64,000 nt of DNA from a virus, in IMG/VR virus record IMGVR_UViG_3300042691_032761; one strand, 5' to 3'. The notes below the pieces were generated by a model, which made no database searches, had not been told where the DNA came from, and was given only the letters and a program-made list of their open reading frames with translations. Made by a program: the position numbers and the translations under genes. This document shows positions 44,653 to 55,436 of the stretch, piece by piece (the first letter of the stretch is position 1; every line of letters starts with the position of its first letter).

Positions 44653-47600
44653 ATGTCAAGATCTTTTAATTTAACAGCAGAATTAAATTTAAGAGGACCA
44701 TCTAATATTCGGCCGATCATTGCTGATATTAGAAGGCAGTTGACTGGTATAACAGCAAATGTTAATGTAACAGTTAATAATACGACTACTCGTAATGTCA
44801 ATAATCTACAACAGTCTGTTACTAGATTAAACACCGCCCTCACCGCAACAAGAGGAACAGCAACAAATGCTACCGCAGCACTAAATGCTTTTGCAAGAGC
44901 AGCGGCAAATGTTAATAATAATATTGGAAATATACCTCGTAATTTAACTAGAATTAATACAGGTGCTGGTGCAACAACTACTACTCTTAATCAAGTTACT
45001 AGAGCCACTCAGCAAGCAACAGTTGGTTTTGAAGACTTTGGTAGACAATCAGCATTGGCTGTTAGACGTTTTGCTGCTTTTGCAACCGTGACTAGCGTAA
45101 TATATAGATTCTCTAATGCGGTTACTTCTGCAACATCAGAATTCATAGATTTTAATAGAGAACTTGTTAGAGTTGCACAAGTTACTGATTCTAGTTTGTC
45201 AGAACTTAGACCACTAGTCTCTCAGATCACTAATTTGTCTACTAGCTTAGGCGTAGCATCTAAAGATTTGATTCAAGTTTCTAGTACATTAGCACAGGCT
45301 GGTTTAAGTGCAAGAGACACAGAAAAAGCTCTTAGGGCTCTTGCTCTTAGTGCGTTAGCCCCGTCGTTTGATAGCCTAAGCGATACAGTAGAAGGATCTA
45401 TTGCTTTAATGAGACAGTTCGGCATTAGTGCAGGAGATTTAGAGGATGCATTGGGTAGTGTAAATTCTGTTGCTGCAAAGTTCGCAGTTGAAGCAAGCGA
45501 CTTAATTACTGCTATTCAGCGTACCGGCGGTGTGTTTGCAACAGCAAGTAAAGGTGTTAGCGAGGGCAAGGATGCTCTTAATGAGTTTTTAGCTGTATTT
45601 ACAAGTATTCGTGCTACTACTCGTGAAAGCGCAGAAACTATTGCTACAGGCTTAAGAACTATTTTTACTCGTATTCAAAGAGCGGATACTATTGATGCAT
45701 TAAAAGCATTCGGAGTTACTCTTACTGATCTAGAAGGTAAATTCGTTGGTCCATATGAAGCTGTAAGGAGACTAAGCGAAGGATTAAGCAGACTCGATCC
45801 TAGAGATTTAAGATTTTCTCAAATTGTTGAAGAACTTGGCGGTTTTCGACAGATTGGTAAAGTGATTCCACTTATTCAGCAGTTTGCCACAGCACAAGCA
45901 GCGCTAAAGGTTGCTCAACAAGGACAAGGATCATTAGCAAAAGACGCATCAACTGCACAACAAAGTTTAGCAAATCAAATTGCTAAAGTACGAGAAGAAT
46001 TTACTGCTCTTATAAGATCATTAGGAGAAAGTTCCACATTTCAAACATTCGTTAGATTAAGTTTGGATCTTGCTAGCGCATTAATTAGATTGGCTGATAG
46101 TGCTAAAACTGTATTACCAGCATTAACTGCTATTGCTGCATTTAGGGGCGTCTCCGCTCTTACAAGGTTTGGTGCTGGATTTGCTGGTGGACTAAGAAGA
46201 CAAAATAATGGAGGTCCAGTAAGAGGATTTGCTAGGGGAGGAATAGTTCCAGGGGTAGGCAGCGGAGACACTGTTCCAGCTATGTTAGAAGCTGGAGAAT
46301 TTGTAATTAGAAAAAAAGCAGTAGAAAAAATTGGAGCTGGTAATTTACATAAAATAAATAAATATGCCACTGGAGGTAAGGTCAAAGATCTTTTATTAGA
46401 TAAGCCACTACTAAAAGCTAAATATGATACATCTAATATTGAGGATCTATATAGTTTTATAAGGATAGATAGGAGCAAACAAAATAAATTATCACAAAGT
46501 AGAGAAAAATATAGAGATAAAGCAGAACAAATATGGAGTCAAGCATCTTCTGCTTACTCTTCTAAGGGATCTCTTTCTGGTGCTAATACTTTAATAAGAA
46601 GAAAAACTGGAATAAATCTTCCATCTAAATTAAGTAGTAAAGATTTAAATCCAAATAATAAAGATAGTCAAAGACTAAATAAAATTCAAGGATCATTGGC
46701 AGAAAAAGAAGTCTATAATAAAATGGGTAATCTAAAACAATTACCAACAAAAGCTGGTGCTGACTTTACAATTGGTGGATCCGCAATCAACTTTGTTGAA
46801 GTTAAAAATAGACTAGAACCAACATCAGATAATGATTTAAGAGGAAAAGCATTACTAGGTCATCAATACCTTAGTGGAAAACAATATCTTAATAATAAGT
46901 TAGATAAAACTCCTAGACTAACTATTTCTTTATTTTCTAGCAATGAAGGAGATTATAAGAAAAAAAACTTTGGAGGATTAATTCAAAAATTTGCTCTCGG
47001 AGGAAAAGGAAGAGCATTAGGAGCACGAAGTAAATTTAAAGAATTAGACGCAAGCGAATTAGATAAACTTAGTACAGCTGATTTAATTAAGTATGCAAAA
47101 AGACAGGCTCGTGATATTTTTAGTACAGGCGGGGCTGGGATGGCGATGCGTAGCAGATTTATTGAAACCCCAGCAAATAAAATAATTCCAGAATTAGAGC
47201 CTCATTTAACATCATATATGGGGAAAAAAGGATTTTGGAGAGAAGAGATTGCCCCCTTTGGAAGACCATCAAAACAACAAGCAGCGAAAGCATCAAAAAC
47301 AGGAAGAGAAGCAGCTCTTAAAAAACAAGAAGCAAGACAAGCAGACGAAGTTGCGGCCAGAGCACAACAGTGGAAATTAATACGATCAGGATCTAAAATA
47401 GATTCTTATTTACTGTCTTCTTTAAAAGATCCTATTTTATCTGACTACAAGTCAGCCAAAGCTGGGCAGCCGCTAGCAAAAGCTTTTCATGATACTAGAT
47501 TAAGACAAGCTGTTAATCAAGCATTAGATAATTATGATGATTTTGATTATTCTCCAGCAAAGATCGATAAACTAGTTAGTGGAATGGCATCAAAAAGATT

Positions 47601-50600
47601 TGCAATAGGAGGATCTGTAGAAGATAAAGTTCCGGCACTATTAACTCCTGGTGAATTTGTAATTAATAAAAAAGCTGCTAGCAGAATAGGAGCTAGTAGA
47701 CTACATCAATTAAATAGAGCAGATAGAATTAAAGGATTTAATAAGGGCGGAGCTGTTGGAGGAATTCAGAAACTTGCTGCCGGCGGCTTTCCAACGGCTT
47801 TAACACCAGCTATGAGTGGACTATCCGCAAAAGAAACGGCTAGATTAAGTTCTGCTATAATGAATAATGTTGATGCTTTTAATACTTTGGAGGCTCAAGT
47901 TTCTGCTCTTCCAACAGATCAAATGTTGAAAGCTATGAGAATATTTGCCTCTAAACTTGAGGGAGGAGCAACAGATATAGACCGAGCGGCTACAGAAGCG
48001 GCAACATTGGCTCAATCTGGCGGTGGAGGAAGTAGACAGTCTAAAAAAGCAAGAGTAGCAAATTCTGGAGTTACGGTTGGGCCAGCGAATCCAACAACCG
48101 GAATAGTAGAAACAAGACCGACAACTAATCCTGCTGTTAGCGGTTTTGCTGCAAGTCAAGCTAGAATAAATCAAATATCTGCAAACGTTGGACAATATCA
48201 GGCTGGTCAAGATGTTGTTAGTCGTAGAGATACTGTATTAGGTGGTACTACTTCAGGAAATCTATCAAACGCTGGAATGCAACGACTTGCTCAACTAAAC
48301 CAAACAGGAGGAGGATTTGCTCAAAGAGGTCAAGATTATGCTCAAAGAGCACAGGTCTCATCTCAAAAAACTTATTCTGCAAGTTCTTTTGATCCAACAC
48401 AAATTTATCAAGGATTGGCTAAATTAAATCAGGGAATTGCAACAGCAGCTAATGGTTTAACTAGCTTAACTACAGCATCTAAAACTGCTGGTAGTGGTAT
48501 AATGTCTTTAGGCAAAGGAGCATTAGGAGCAGTTGGACGAGGAGCAGGAGGATTAGTTAGTAAAATTGGAGGAGGAGCTTTAAATATGGTGGGACTTGGA
48601 GGATTAGCTTCCAAAGGAGCAGGAGCAGCAATGGGTGGTGGTGGCGGTGGTGGAATGATGGGCATGGTGGCTATGATGGCAGCAGGGCCATTATTGGAAG
48701 CTGCAAGTCAGTCAATGGGAGGAGAAAAAACAGAAGCTGGAAGAAATACTACTGCTGTTGGTGGCGCTATGATGAATTATGCTGCTATTGGAGCAACACT
48801 AGGAAGTGTTATTCCTGGAGTTGGAACCGCTTTGGGAGGAGTTGTTGGAGCAGCGGCTGGTCTTGTTGTGGGTCTTCAGGATGCCACAAAAGCTAATGAA
48901 GAATATGCACAGAGTCAAAGAGAAGCAAAGGCCGCAACAGCATCAGATAAGAGTGGAAAAGCACTAGAAGCATACATGGCCAAACCTGGAGCTGCTCAAA
49001 AACAAGCTTTCATGAGTTCATTTGCTGCCACATCAGAAGCAGAAGCAGCCGTAAAAGCAGGAACAAAAAGACAAACAGCTAGTAGTTTTGGAAAAATGTT
49101 AGGATACCAAGATGAAAATATAAATGATTTTGCAGCAAGAACGGCTAAAACACAAACAGCAGGAGCCGATCAAGCCAAGCAATTTTTAACTGCTGAGATG
49201 ATGAGAACCGGTAAAAATTTTGGTGAAATTAGTAAAACTATGAGTCCAGAACAGTTTAAAACTCTAGCGACTAATATTGCAGAAGCAGATGAAACATATG
49301 CTTATTTCCAGATCCAAAGAGCTAATGAAATTAAAAAACTTAGAGATAGTGGTCGAGGAGCAGAGGCAGATGCTTTACAAGCACAGACCAATGCTGAACA
49401 AGAAAATTTAGCTAAAAATATTGCTGAACGTCAATTAGCAGAAGCATCAGCGGCCGCTCAGGCCAAAGCAGCATCAGAAGCTTCTAAAAAGCTAAATATG
49501 GTAATGATGCAAGCTGTTATGAGTCTTGAAAAATCATTTAATACAATGGAAGAGGTATTAAATAGATCAAGTTTTGAACTTGGACAAATATCTGGCAAAG
49601 CAGATGAAATTTTCAGTGGCAAAGCATCATTAACTAGCTCTACTTTTGCACAAACAAATAATGTTCTTCAAAATCCAAATGCTTACTCTGCGAAAGAAAG
49701 ACAAAATGCTATAAATAGTTCTGCCGCCAGAATGGGACCAGCCGGGGCATTAGTTGGTCGAGTAGCCACATTTGGTGCTCAAGCAACAGAAGAGGCTTCT
49801 AGAAGGGCTAATGCTGTGTTCAATGGTGGAGGAGATAACGAAGCTGTTGGTAATGAGGTTACTAGAAGTTTAACAAATAATATTCTTGCCACGTTTGGTC
49901 CAAATAGTTCCATGTCCCAAACCCTGATTGATGGTGTTAAACGAAGCGTAGACGAGGCAGTAAAAACAGCAAAAGAAAATGGAGAAACGCTCGATCCAAA
50001 TGAATTGGTAGAAAAAGCCACAGGACCACTAAATAGAGCTGCTCAACAAGCGGGTCAATTGTTAATTAAAAATAATGAGAATGTTGCTAAACACTTAGAA
50101 GAGTTGGGTAAGGTTGCTGAAAGAGTAGTAGAAATAGAAAATAGAAGAGTAGAAAGAACAGCAGCATTGGTAGAAATGCAAGCTCAGGGAGGAATATCAA
50201 CCAAAGAAGCACTAGGACAAAAAGTTTCTTTAGACGAAAGAATGAGCGCAAGATTTGCAGGAAGTAGAGCGAGATTAGGAATACAGGACCAAGCTAATTT
50301 TACTCCTCAAAATATTGCCAATATGAGATCTCAAGCTCAAAGAGAGCAAGCTGCATTACAATCACAAATAGATAGAAGATCAAAAGATGTTGGATCAGAC
50401 CCAACTGGCAGAGCAGCGAGAGAGGTTGCTAATTTACAACTAAAACTTGCTAAGGTAAATTCCACAATAGAACAAACTAATAAAGAATTAGAAGATTTAC
50501 CAGGAGCATTAGAAGGAGCTATTAGTGATGTAACATCAGAGATTCAAAATAGAGTAGCAAAATTAGATGCTCAAAAACAAGCATCAGGAGCTTTTGCTGA

Positions 50601-53600
50601 AAAATTAGTAGGAAGCACTCCACAGGAATTGGCTGAATTAGGTAGAACATTTAATTTATTAGATTCTACTCTTAGAGGACAAATAACAACAGTGCAGCAA
50701 TCACAAGTTGCTCAACAAGCATATATTCAATCTATACAAGAAGGAAAAACAGCACAAGAAGCAATGACTGATGCTCAAGCAGCATTTGCTAATGAAAATA
50801 AAAAAGCATTAAGCTTATTTGGAGAATTGACTCAGATCGCCGGAATAGAAGGCCCAGAACTTGACTTAATGAAAGCAGATTTATTAGAAAATTTTGCAAA
50901 AGCACAAGGAGCAGGACTAGAAAATAATCCATTCTTCCAAAGATTGTTAGGAATACTTAGACAAGATCCTGCTCAAAGAGCACAAAACGATCCAGTCTTA
51001 AAAGCTTTACAAGCAAGAATGACAGAACTAAGAGAGCAGCAAGTAGAAGCTGTAAGACTACAAAACGAAGCTGATAGAGGTATTCAAAAACAACTATTAG
51101 AACAAGTTGGTCAAAATATTATAACAAGTTTGGAAGCTACGCAAAGAGCATTTGTTGCAGCAATGAACGATATAGCAATGAGAATGGGAGCGGCTCCTCC
51201 TAGACCAATGCCAGCCAGACCTCGTTCTACCGGAGGATTAATATACGCATCAAATGGACAATATGTTAATTTTCAACCAAAAGGAACAGACACAGTTCCT
51301 GCTATGTTAACTCCGGGCGAATTTGTGGTTAATGCTAAATCCACAAAGGAAAATTTAGGTTTATTAATGTCTATAAATAATAGTCGCGGAGGCAGAATAA
51401 GTTATCTTGCTGATGGCGGAATGTCTGATATTTCCGGAGTCTCATCAAGAACTCAGTCTGCAAAACAAGAAGATATGGCCAGAAGTGGATTAATTAACCA
51501 AAGAGCACTAAGTAATAAAATTGATACCGTTAAAAGCTTATCTAATAATATTAATTCTACCACATCATTTACTAAAGATAATCAAATTCCATCATTAGAT
51601 GGATCAATAGATAACAATCAATCAATTAATAATAAACAATTTAAATCATTATTAATTGGAGTAGATAAAATTTCCAAAGTTATAGAGAATAAGAGTTCTA
51701 AGGGATTATCTAGAGGAGGAGTCGTTTATGCCAGCAGCGGAGGATACATAGGCAACGGCACTCCCGCTATGCTTTCGCCGGGAGAGTTTGTGGTCAACCA
51801 AGCTTCTGCTAAAAAATATGGTGGAGTTTTACAAGCTATAAATAGACAAGATGGTGGAGGCACACCATTTAGCGTTCCTGTATTAGATATGACTAAAGAT
51901 AATAAAGATGGTGTTTTTGTCAGAAGTCGTTACAGAGGACCGAGAGATAAGTTTATGTCCGCTAGAGAAGCAGCATCCGCTGGCATACCGTATAGCACTG
52001 GCACAGGATTTAATACAACTTATTTTGGAAAAAATACAGGAATTACTAAGGCAGACTTTGATGCTTTAACTAAACAAGACGAAAAAGATTTTTCTATATT
52101 CAATCATCCAACATTGGTTTCTCAAGGAAGACAAGCAGCTTTTACTGCTGGCTTGGCAGAAGGAGTGCCGGTCGGTGTCGCTTCATCAACAGCCGGAACC
52201 GCAGCAGCCGCTGGAACAGGAGTTGCGGCTACGGCACTAGGAGTAACAGCACCAGCATGGCTACCAGTGGCTTTAGCAATAACTGCTGCGATTGGAGCAG
52301 GATATGCTATGTCAAAATTGGCAAGAGCAACTTCTAATAAAGCTCTTGCAGCAGGAGGCAGTAATGTTACGATGGATATGATGCAGGAAGATTATCCGTT
52401 ATCTTTTATGGCTGGATCAACACTTGGAGACGCAATTGGTGGAGTAGGCGGGTCTAAATTAGGCTCACAAGCGTTCTCTGGAACATTATCTAAACAACAA
52501 GAGAAATTATTAAGACTAAAAACTATAAAAGAACGTAAAGAAGTTAACGCTGCGATATCTGAATTTAGAGAAAGAGTTGTAGCAAGATGGGAGGATATGT
52601 CTGAATTGGAAGCCTCAGCAATTTCTAGAATGTCAGGGCGTAAAACAGATTTAACTGGTCAAGAAATAATTGATTCAGCTACAGCAAGATTAAAATTATT
52701 AAATCCAAAAGCTAATCCAGATGACTATCTTCCAATAGATTTAGACACAAGGGTTATTAAGGATCCTTTTGGTGATGGTACTATTGGATGGCACAGAAGG
52801 AAAGGTAGAAAAGGAACACCAGAAATACGAACAACAGATCCTCAAGATTTAACTGTTTTACCTCATGAAGCTATTCATGCTATGATTGGAGAAAATCCTC
52901 AAATCCGTGATCTAACGATGGATTTCATCATCAAACATGAAGATTTAATTCAAGAATGGTTATCTAAAACAAAAATGACTGGATATAATTTAGATACTAT
53001 GAAATATGGGACTTCATACAGAATGAGGCAACTTGAGACGAAAATTAATTATACAGATATTCCATCGGTAATTGAAACAGAAAAACTTTTTGCTAGAGCT
53101 TTAAGCGGTAAAGAAACTGCTTCATTAGATTTTATACAAAACACAAAAGGTGGATTAGAATATATTGATAGATTATTAAAACAACAGTCTTCCAGAAGTT
53201 TTTTCACAGATGAGTCAGAAATAATAAAATGGGTTGATAAAAAATGGGATAGATCTAGTTTAGATTCCCTCAAAAAAACCATAGATGATTTTAGAAATAG
53301 AGATAAAAAACTTTATGAAGATATAATGACACATATGGGACCTGGAGGGTATCCCGGAGTTGGAACAAAAAGACTTCCAAAAGATTTGTTAGAATCTTTG
53401 AACGAAATATTTTCTCCACATGCCTCCAGAGCTGGGCCAGAAGAATTTTTAGCAACATTAGCTCAAGATGATTTAACAGGAAATGCTGCTGGTCAACAGT
53501 TGCAAAGACTCGTACAAAGAGAAATATTTGAAAAAGCCGATCAAATAAAATATAAATTTATGGGCTTTCCTGAACGACCCATTGTTGGAGTACCAGAAGG

Positions 53601-55434
53601 ATTAGAAGGATTTAATAATGGTGGTATGGTATATGCTTCAGAAGGCAAATACATAAATTTCAAACCAAAGGGCACGGACACTGTTCCCGCGATGCTAACT
53701 CCAGGAGAGTTTGTTGTTAATGCTAAAGCCACTAAAGATAATTTATCGACATTGCAAGCTATTAATACTGGATACTATGAAAGAGGTGGAATTGCTGGTG
53801 TTGATCCTAGTCCAAGTAATTTTGCAAGAAGTATTGTTGGCATGAGAGGAGCCAGAATTAACCAATTAGCACAACAGGGTAAATATTATGTTTATGAGGG
53901 TAATACAGCAATATTAGATGATGATAATGGTAGATTTCCTAATAGATATGCGTCTGTTAGCGGAGCCAGAAATATACAAGAAGCAATTGAGCTTGCTAAA
54001 CAGAAATATGAATGGTTCGAAGGAGGCGGATATTCCCTTAAAGAAGCCTCTGCGATTGAAAGAGGACGTATGGGTTCGACAACATTGGCAGATAAAATAA
54101 TAGACGAATTACAAGATCAGATAATTGAGGGTGGTCCAAGATTATTTACCTCAACAGGATTTAATCAAAAAAATAAACAAGATAAAATTAATGAAATTAT
54201 AAAAAAAATAGATGAACAAGGCGCAAATCCTCAAGAATTATATAGGAAAGCCACCAAAAGACAAAATTATTTAAGACAAGTTGAAAATAATACTAGACTT
54301 GGTCTTAATGTAATAGCAGGATCTGATAGAACAATAAATCTCGGAGGAAGAAGAGAACTATTAGCAACAAAGCTTCTAGAATTACAAAGAGATTATGCTC
54401 AAAAAGAATTAAGTCTTATACCTAGAGTTTGGGATGATATAGCCACAATGAAAGGATATCAAGGCTTACCAAGAGATTACACAACATCTTTTAATGCTCT
54501 TAATCCTAGTAGTCTTCCTGGTCCTGAATATTTTAGTTCTGGCGGCATGTCAATGCCTAAAAAATTTGATAAAACAACCGATCCGGCAGATCGTATTTTG
54601 CAAAGAGCTAATGAAGCAAGATTAAACAACTTTTCGAATATATACGAGTCCCTTTTAGTGAAAAAATATGGAAAATCTATCAAGCCATTTCGTAATACTG
54701 ATGTTTTAGAAAATCTAAGACAATATCAAGAATTTGATTCTCTTTCTGATGAAGAACTAAGAAGTCTAGAAACACAACATATACAATCAAAAATAAATAA
54801 ACAATCAAGATTAAATAAATTCAACTCAGGAGGAATAGTATACGCAAACAAAGGAACTTTAGTTCCTTATCAGCCCAAAGGCACAGATACTGTTCCAGCA
54901 ATGTTAACTCCAGGAGAGTTTGTAATAAATAGACAAGCATCTCAAAAACATCTTGGATTATTACAATCTATCAACAATGGTAACTATTCAAGAGGAGGTC
55001 CTGTTTACCTTGCCGAAGGAACACAAGGAACACAAGCGTTTGATGCTAACATGACCTATTTATCGGATATCTTGAAAAAAGGAGCAGATACTCTAAATAC
55101 AGCATTTATAGAAGCTGTTAGAAAATTAAATAATATTGCTGATAATTCTCCTCAAATAAGACAGGGTACATCAAACGGTGTATCTAATAATCAGAGCAAT
55201 CCTTTGGCTAATATAGAAGCATTGGGCAATAGATTAGACCAGTTTATAGAACAACTAAAAAATGCGGTGCCTTCAACAGTAACTCTAGAGGTTCCAACAG
55301 CTATTCCAGTTAATGTTAATATAAATGGAGCAAGCATTCTTAAAGATGTTCTTGGTGGACCAATAGGAAATATCGTACAAAAAGCTATCAAAGATGCATT
55401 TGATGCAAAAAGTAGACAAAATGAAGGGTATTAA
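44653..55434 (+). CDS. tape measure protein (3593 aa) with inserted domains
   Basis: N-terminal TP901-type TMP core, Ala/Gln helical regions, Gly-rich hydrophobic segments, six DTVPAMLTPGEFV-type motifs. Confidence 0.9.
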   Translation: MSRSFNLTAELNLRGPSNIRPIIADIRRQLTGITANVNVTVNNTTTRNVNNLQQSVTRLNTALTATRGTATNATAALNAFARAAANVNNNIGNIPRNLTRINTGAGATTTTLNQVTRATQQATVGFEDFGRQSALAVRRFAAFATVTSVIYRFSNAVTSATSEFIDFNRELVRVAQVTDSSLSELRPLVSQITNLSTSLGVASKDLIQVSSTLAQAGLSARDTEKALRALALSALAPSFDSLSDTVEGSIALMRQFGISAGDLEDALGSVNSVAAKFAVEASDLITAIQRTGGVFATASKGVSEGKDALNEFLAVFTSIRATTRESAETIATGLRTIFTRIQRADTIDALKAFGVTLTDLEGKFVGPYEAVRRLSEGLSRLDPRDLRFSQIVEELGGFRQIGKVIPLIQQFATAQAALKVAQQGQGSLAKDASTAQQSLANQIAKVREEFTALIRSLGESSTFQTFVRLSLDLASALIRLADSAKTVLPALTAIAAFRGVSALTRFGAGFAGGLRRQNNGGPVRGFARGGIVPGVGSGDTVPAMLEAGEFVIRKKAVEKIGAGNLHKINKYATGGKVKDLLLDKPLLKAKYDTSNIEDLYSFIRIDRSKQNKLSQSREKYRDKAEQIWSQASSAYSSKGSLSGANTLIRRKTGINLPSKLSSKDLNPNNKDSQRLNKIQGSLAEKEVYNKMGNLKQLPTKAGADFTIGGSAINFVEVKNRLEPTSDNDLRGKALLGHQYLSGKQYLNNKLDKTPRLTISLFSSNEGDYKKKNFGGLIQKFALGGKGRALGARSKFKELDASELDKLSTADLIKYAKRQARDIFSTGGAGMAMRSRFIETPANKIIPELEPHLTSYMGKKGFWREEIAPFGRPSKQQAAKASKTGREAALKKQEARQADEVAARAQQWKLIRSGSKIDSYLLSSLKDPILSDYKSAKAGQPLAKAFHDTRLRQAVNQALDNYDDFDYSPAKIDKLVSGMASKRFAIGGSVEDKVPALLTPGEFVINKKAASRIGASRLHQLNRADRIKGFNKGGAVGGIQKLAAGGFPTALTPAMSGLSAKETARLSSAIMNNVDAFNTLEAQVSALPTDQMLKAMRIFASKLEGGATDIDRAATEAATLAQSGGGGSRQSKKARVANSGVTVGPANPTTGIVETRPTTNPAVSGFAASQARINQISANVGQYQAGQDVVSRRDTVLGGTTSGNLSNAGMQRLAQLNQTGGGFAQRGQDYAQRAQVSSQKTYSASSFDPTQIYQGLAKLNQGIATAANGLTSLTTASKTAGSGIMSLGKGALGAVGRGAGGLVSKIGGGALNMVGLGGLASKGAGAAMGGGGGGGMMGMVAMMAAGPLLEAASQSMGGEKTEAGRNTTAVGGAMMNYAAIGATLGSVIPGVGTALGGVVGAAAGLVVGLQDATKANEEYAQSQREAKAATASDKSGKALEAYMAKPGAAQKQAFMSSFAATSEAEAAVKAGTKRQTASSFGKMLGYQDENINDFAARTAKTQTAGADQAKQFLTAEMMRTGKNFGEISKTMSPEQFKTLATNIAEADETYAYFQIQRANEIKKLRDSGRGAEADALQAQTNAEQENLAKNIAERQLAEASAAAQAKAASEASKKLNMVMMQAVMSLEKSFNTMEEVLNRSSFELGQISGKADEIFSGKASLTSSTFAQTNNVLQNPNAYSAKERQNAINSSAARMGPAGALVGRVATFGAQATEEASRRANAVFNGGGDNEAVGNEVTRSLTNNILATFGPNSSMSQTLIDGVKRSVDEAVKTAKENGETLDPNELVEKATGPLNRAAQQAGQLLIKNNENVAKHLEELGKVAERVVEIENRRVERTAALVEMQAQGGISTKEALGQKVSLDERMSARFAGSRARLGIQDQANFTPQNIANMRSQAQREQAALQSQIDRRSKDVGSDPTGRAAREVANLQLKLAKVNSTIEQTNKELEDLPGALEGAISDVTSEIQNRVAKLDAQKQASGAFAEKLVGSTPQELAELGRTFNLLDSTLRGQITTVQQSQVAQQAYIQSIQEGKTAQEAMTDAQAAFANENKKALSLFGELTQIAGIEGPELDLMKADLLENFAKAQGAGLENNPFFQRLLGILRQDPAQRAQNDPVLKALQARMTELREQQVEAVRLQNEADRGIQKQLLEQVGQNIITSLEATQRAFVAAMNDIAMRMGAAPPRPMPARPRSTGGLIYASNGQYVNFQPKGTDTVPAMLTPGEFVVNAKSTKENLGLLMSINNSRGGRISYLADGGMSDISGVSSRTQSAKQEDMARSGLINQRALSNKIDTVKSLSNNINSTTSFTKDNQIPSLDGSIDNNQSINNKQFKSLLIGVDKISKVIENKSSKGLSRGGVVYASSGGYIGNGTPAMLSPGEFVVNQASAKKYGGVLQAINRQDGGGTPFSVPVLDMTKDNKDGVFVRSRYRGPRDKFMSAREAASAGIPYSTGTGFNTTYFGKNTGITKADFDALTKQDEKDFSIFNHPTLVSQGRQAAFTAGLAEGVPVGVASSTAGTAAAAGTGVAATALGVTAPAWLPVALAITAAIGAGYAMSKLARATSNKALAAGGSNVTMDMMQEDYPLSFMAGSTLGDAIGGVGGSKLGSQAFSGTLSKQQEKLLRLKTIKERKEVNAAISEFRERVVARWEDMSELEASAISRMSGRKTDLTGQEIIDSATARLKLLNPKANPDDYLPIDLDTRVIKDPFGDGTIGWHRRKGRKGTPEIRTTDPQDLTVLPHEAIHAMIGENPQIRDLTMDFIIKHEDLIQEWLSKTKMTGYNLDTMKYGTSYRMRQLETKINYTDIPSVIETEKLFARALSGKETASLDFIQNTKGGLEYIDRLLKQQSSRSFFTDESEIIKWVDKKWDRSSLDSLKKTIDDFRNRDKKLYEDIMTHMGPGGYPGVGTKRLPKDLLESLNEIFSPHASRAGPEEFLATLAQDDLTGNAAGQQLQRLVQREIFEKADQIKYKFMGFPERPIVGVPEGLEGFNNGGMVYASEGKYINFKPKGTDTVPAMLTPGEFVVNAKATKDNLSTLQAINTGYYERGGIAGVDPSPSNFARSIVGMRGARINQLAQQGKYYVYEGNTAILDDDNGRFPNRYASVSGARNIQEAIELAKQKYEWFEGGGYSLKEASAIERGRMGSTTLADKIIDELQDQIIEGGPRLFTSTGFNQKNKQDKINEIIKKIDEQGANPQELYRKATKRQNYLRQVENNTRLGLNVIAGSDRTINLGGRRELLATKLLELQRDYAQKELSLIPRVWDDIATMKGYQGLPRDYTTSFNALNPSSLPGPEYFSSGGMSMPKKFDKTTDPADRILQRANEARLNNFSNIYESLLVKKYGKSIKPFRNTDVLENLRQYQEFDSLSDEELRSLETQHIQSKINKQSRLNKFNSGGIVYANKGTLVPYQPKGTDTVPAMLTPGEFVINRQASQKHLGLLQSINNGNYSRGGPVYLAEGTQGTQAFDANMTYLSDILKKGADTLNTAFIEAVRKLNNIADNSPQIRQGTSNGVSNNQSNPLANIEALGNRLDQFIEQLKNAVPSTVTLEVPTAIPVNVNINGASILKDVLGGPIGNIVQKAIKDAFDAKSRQNEGY

Positions 55435-55436
55435 TT

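Larger units (their letters stand above)
24839..55183 (+). promoter_or_regulatory. putative late-promoter motif GGTGTAT-N3-6-TA
   Basis: At 24839, 27058, 27881, 30154, 37661 and 41054, each about 35-60 bp upstream of a start codon; also intragenic at 30395, 44120, 55177. Confidence 0.7.

Noticed and set aside
42362-44653. Programmed -1 frameshift in tail assembly chaperones
   Set aside because: Each ORF has its own start/RBS and no convincing slippery site joining frames was identified.
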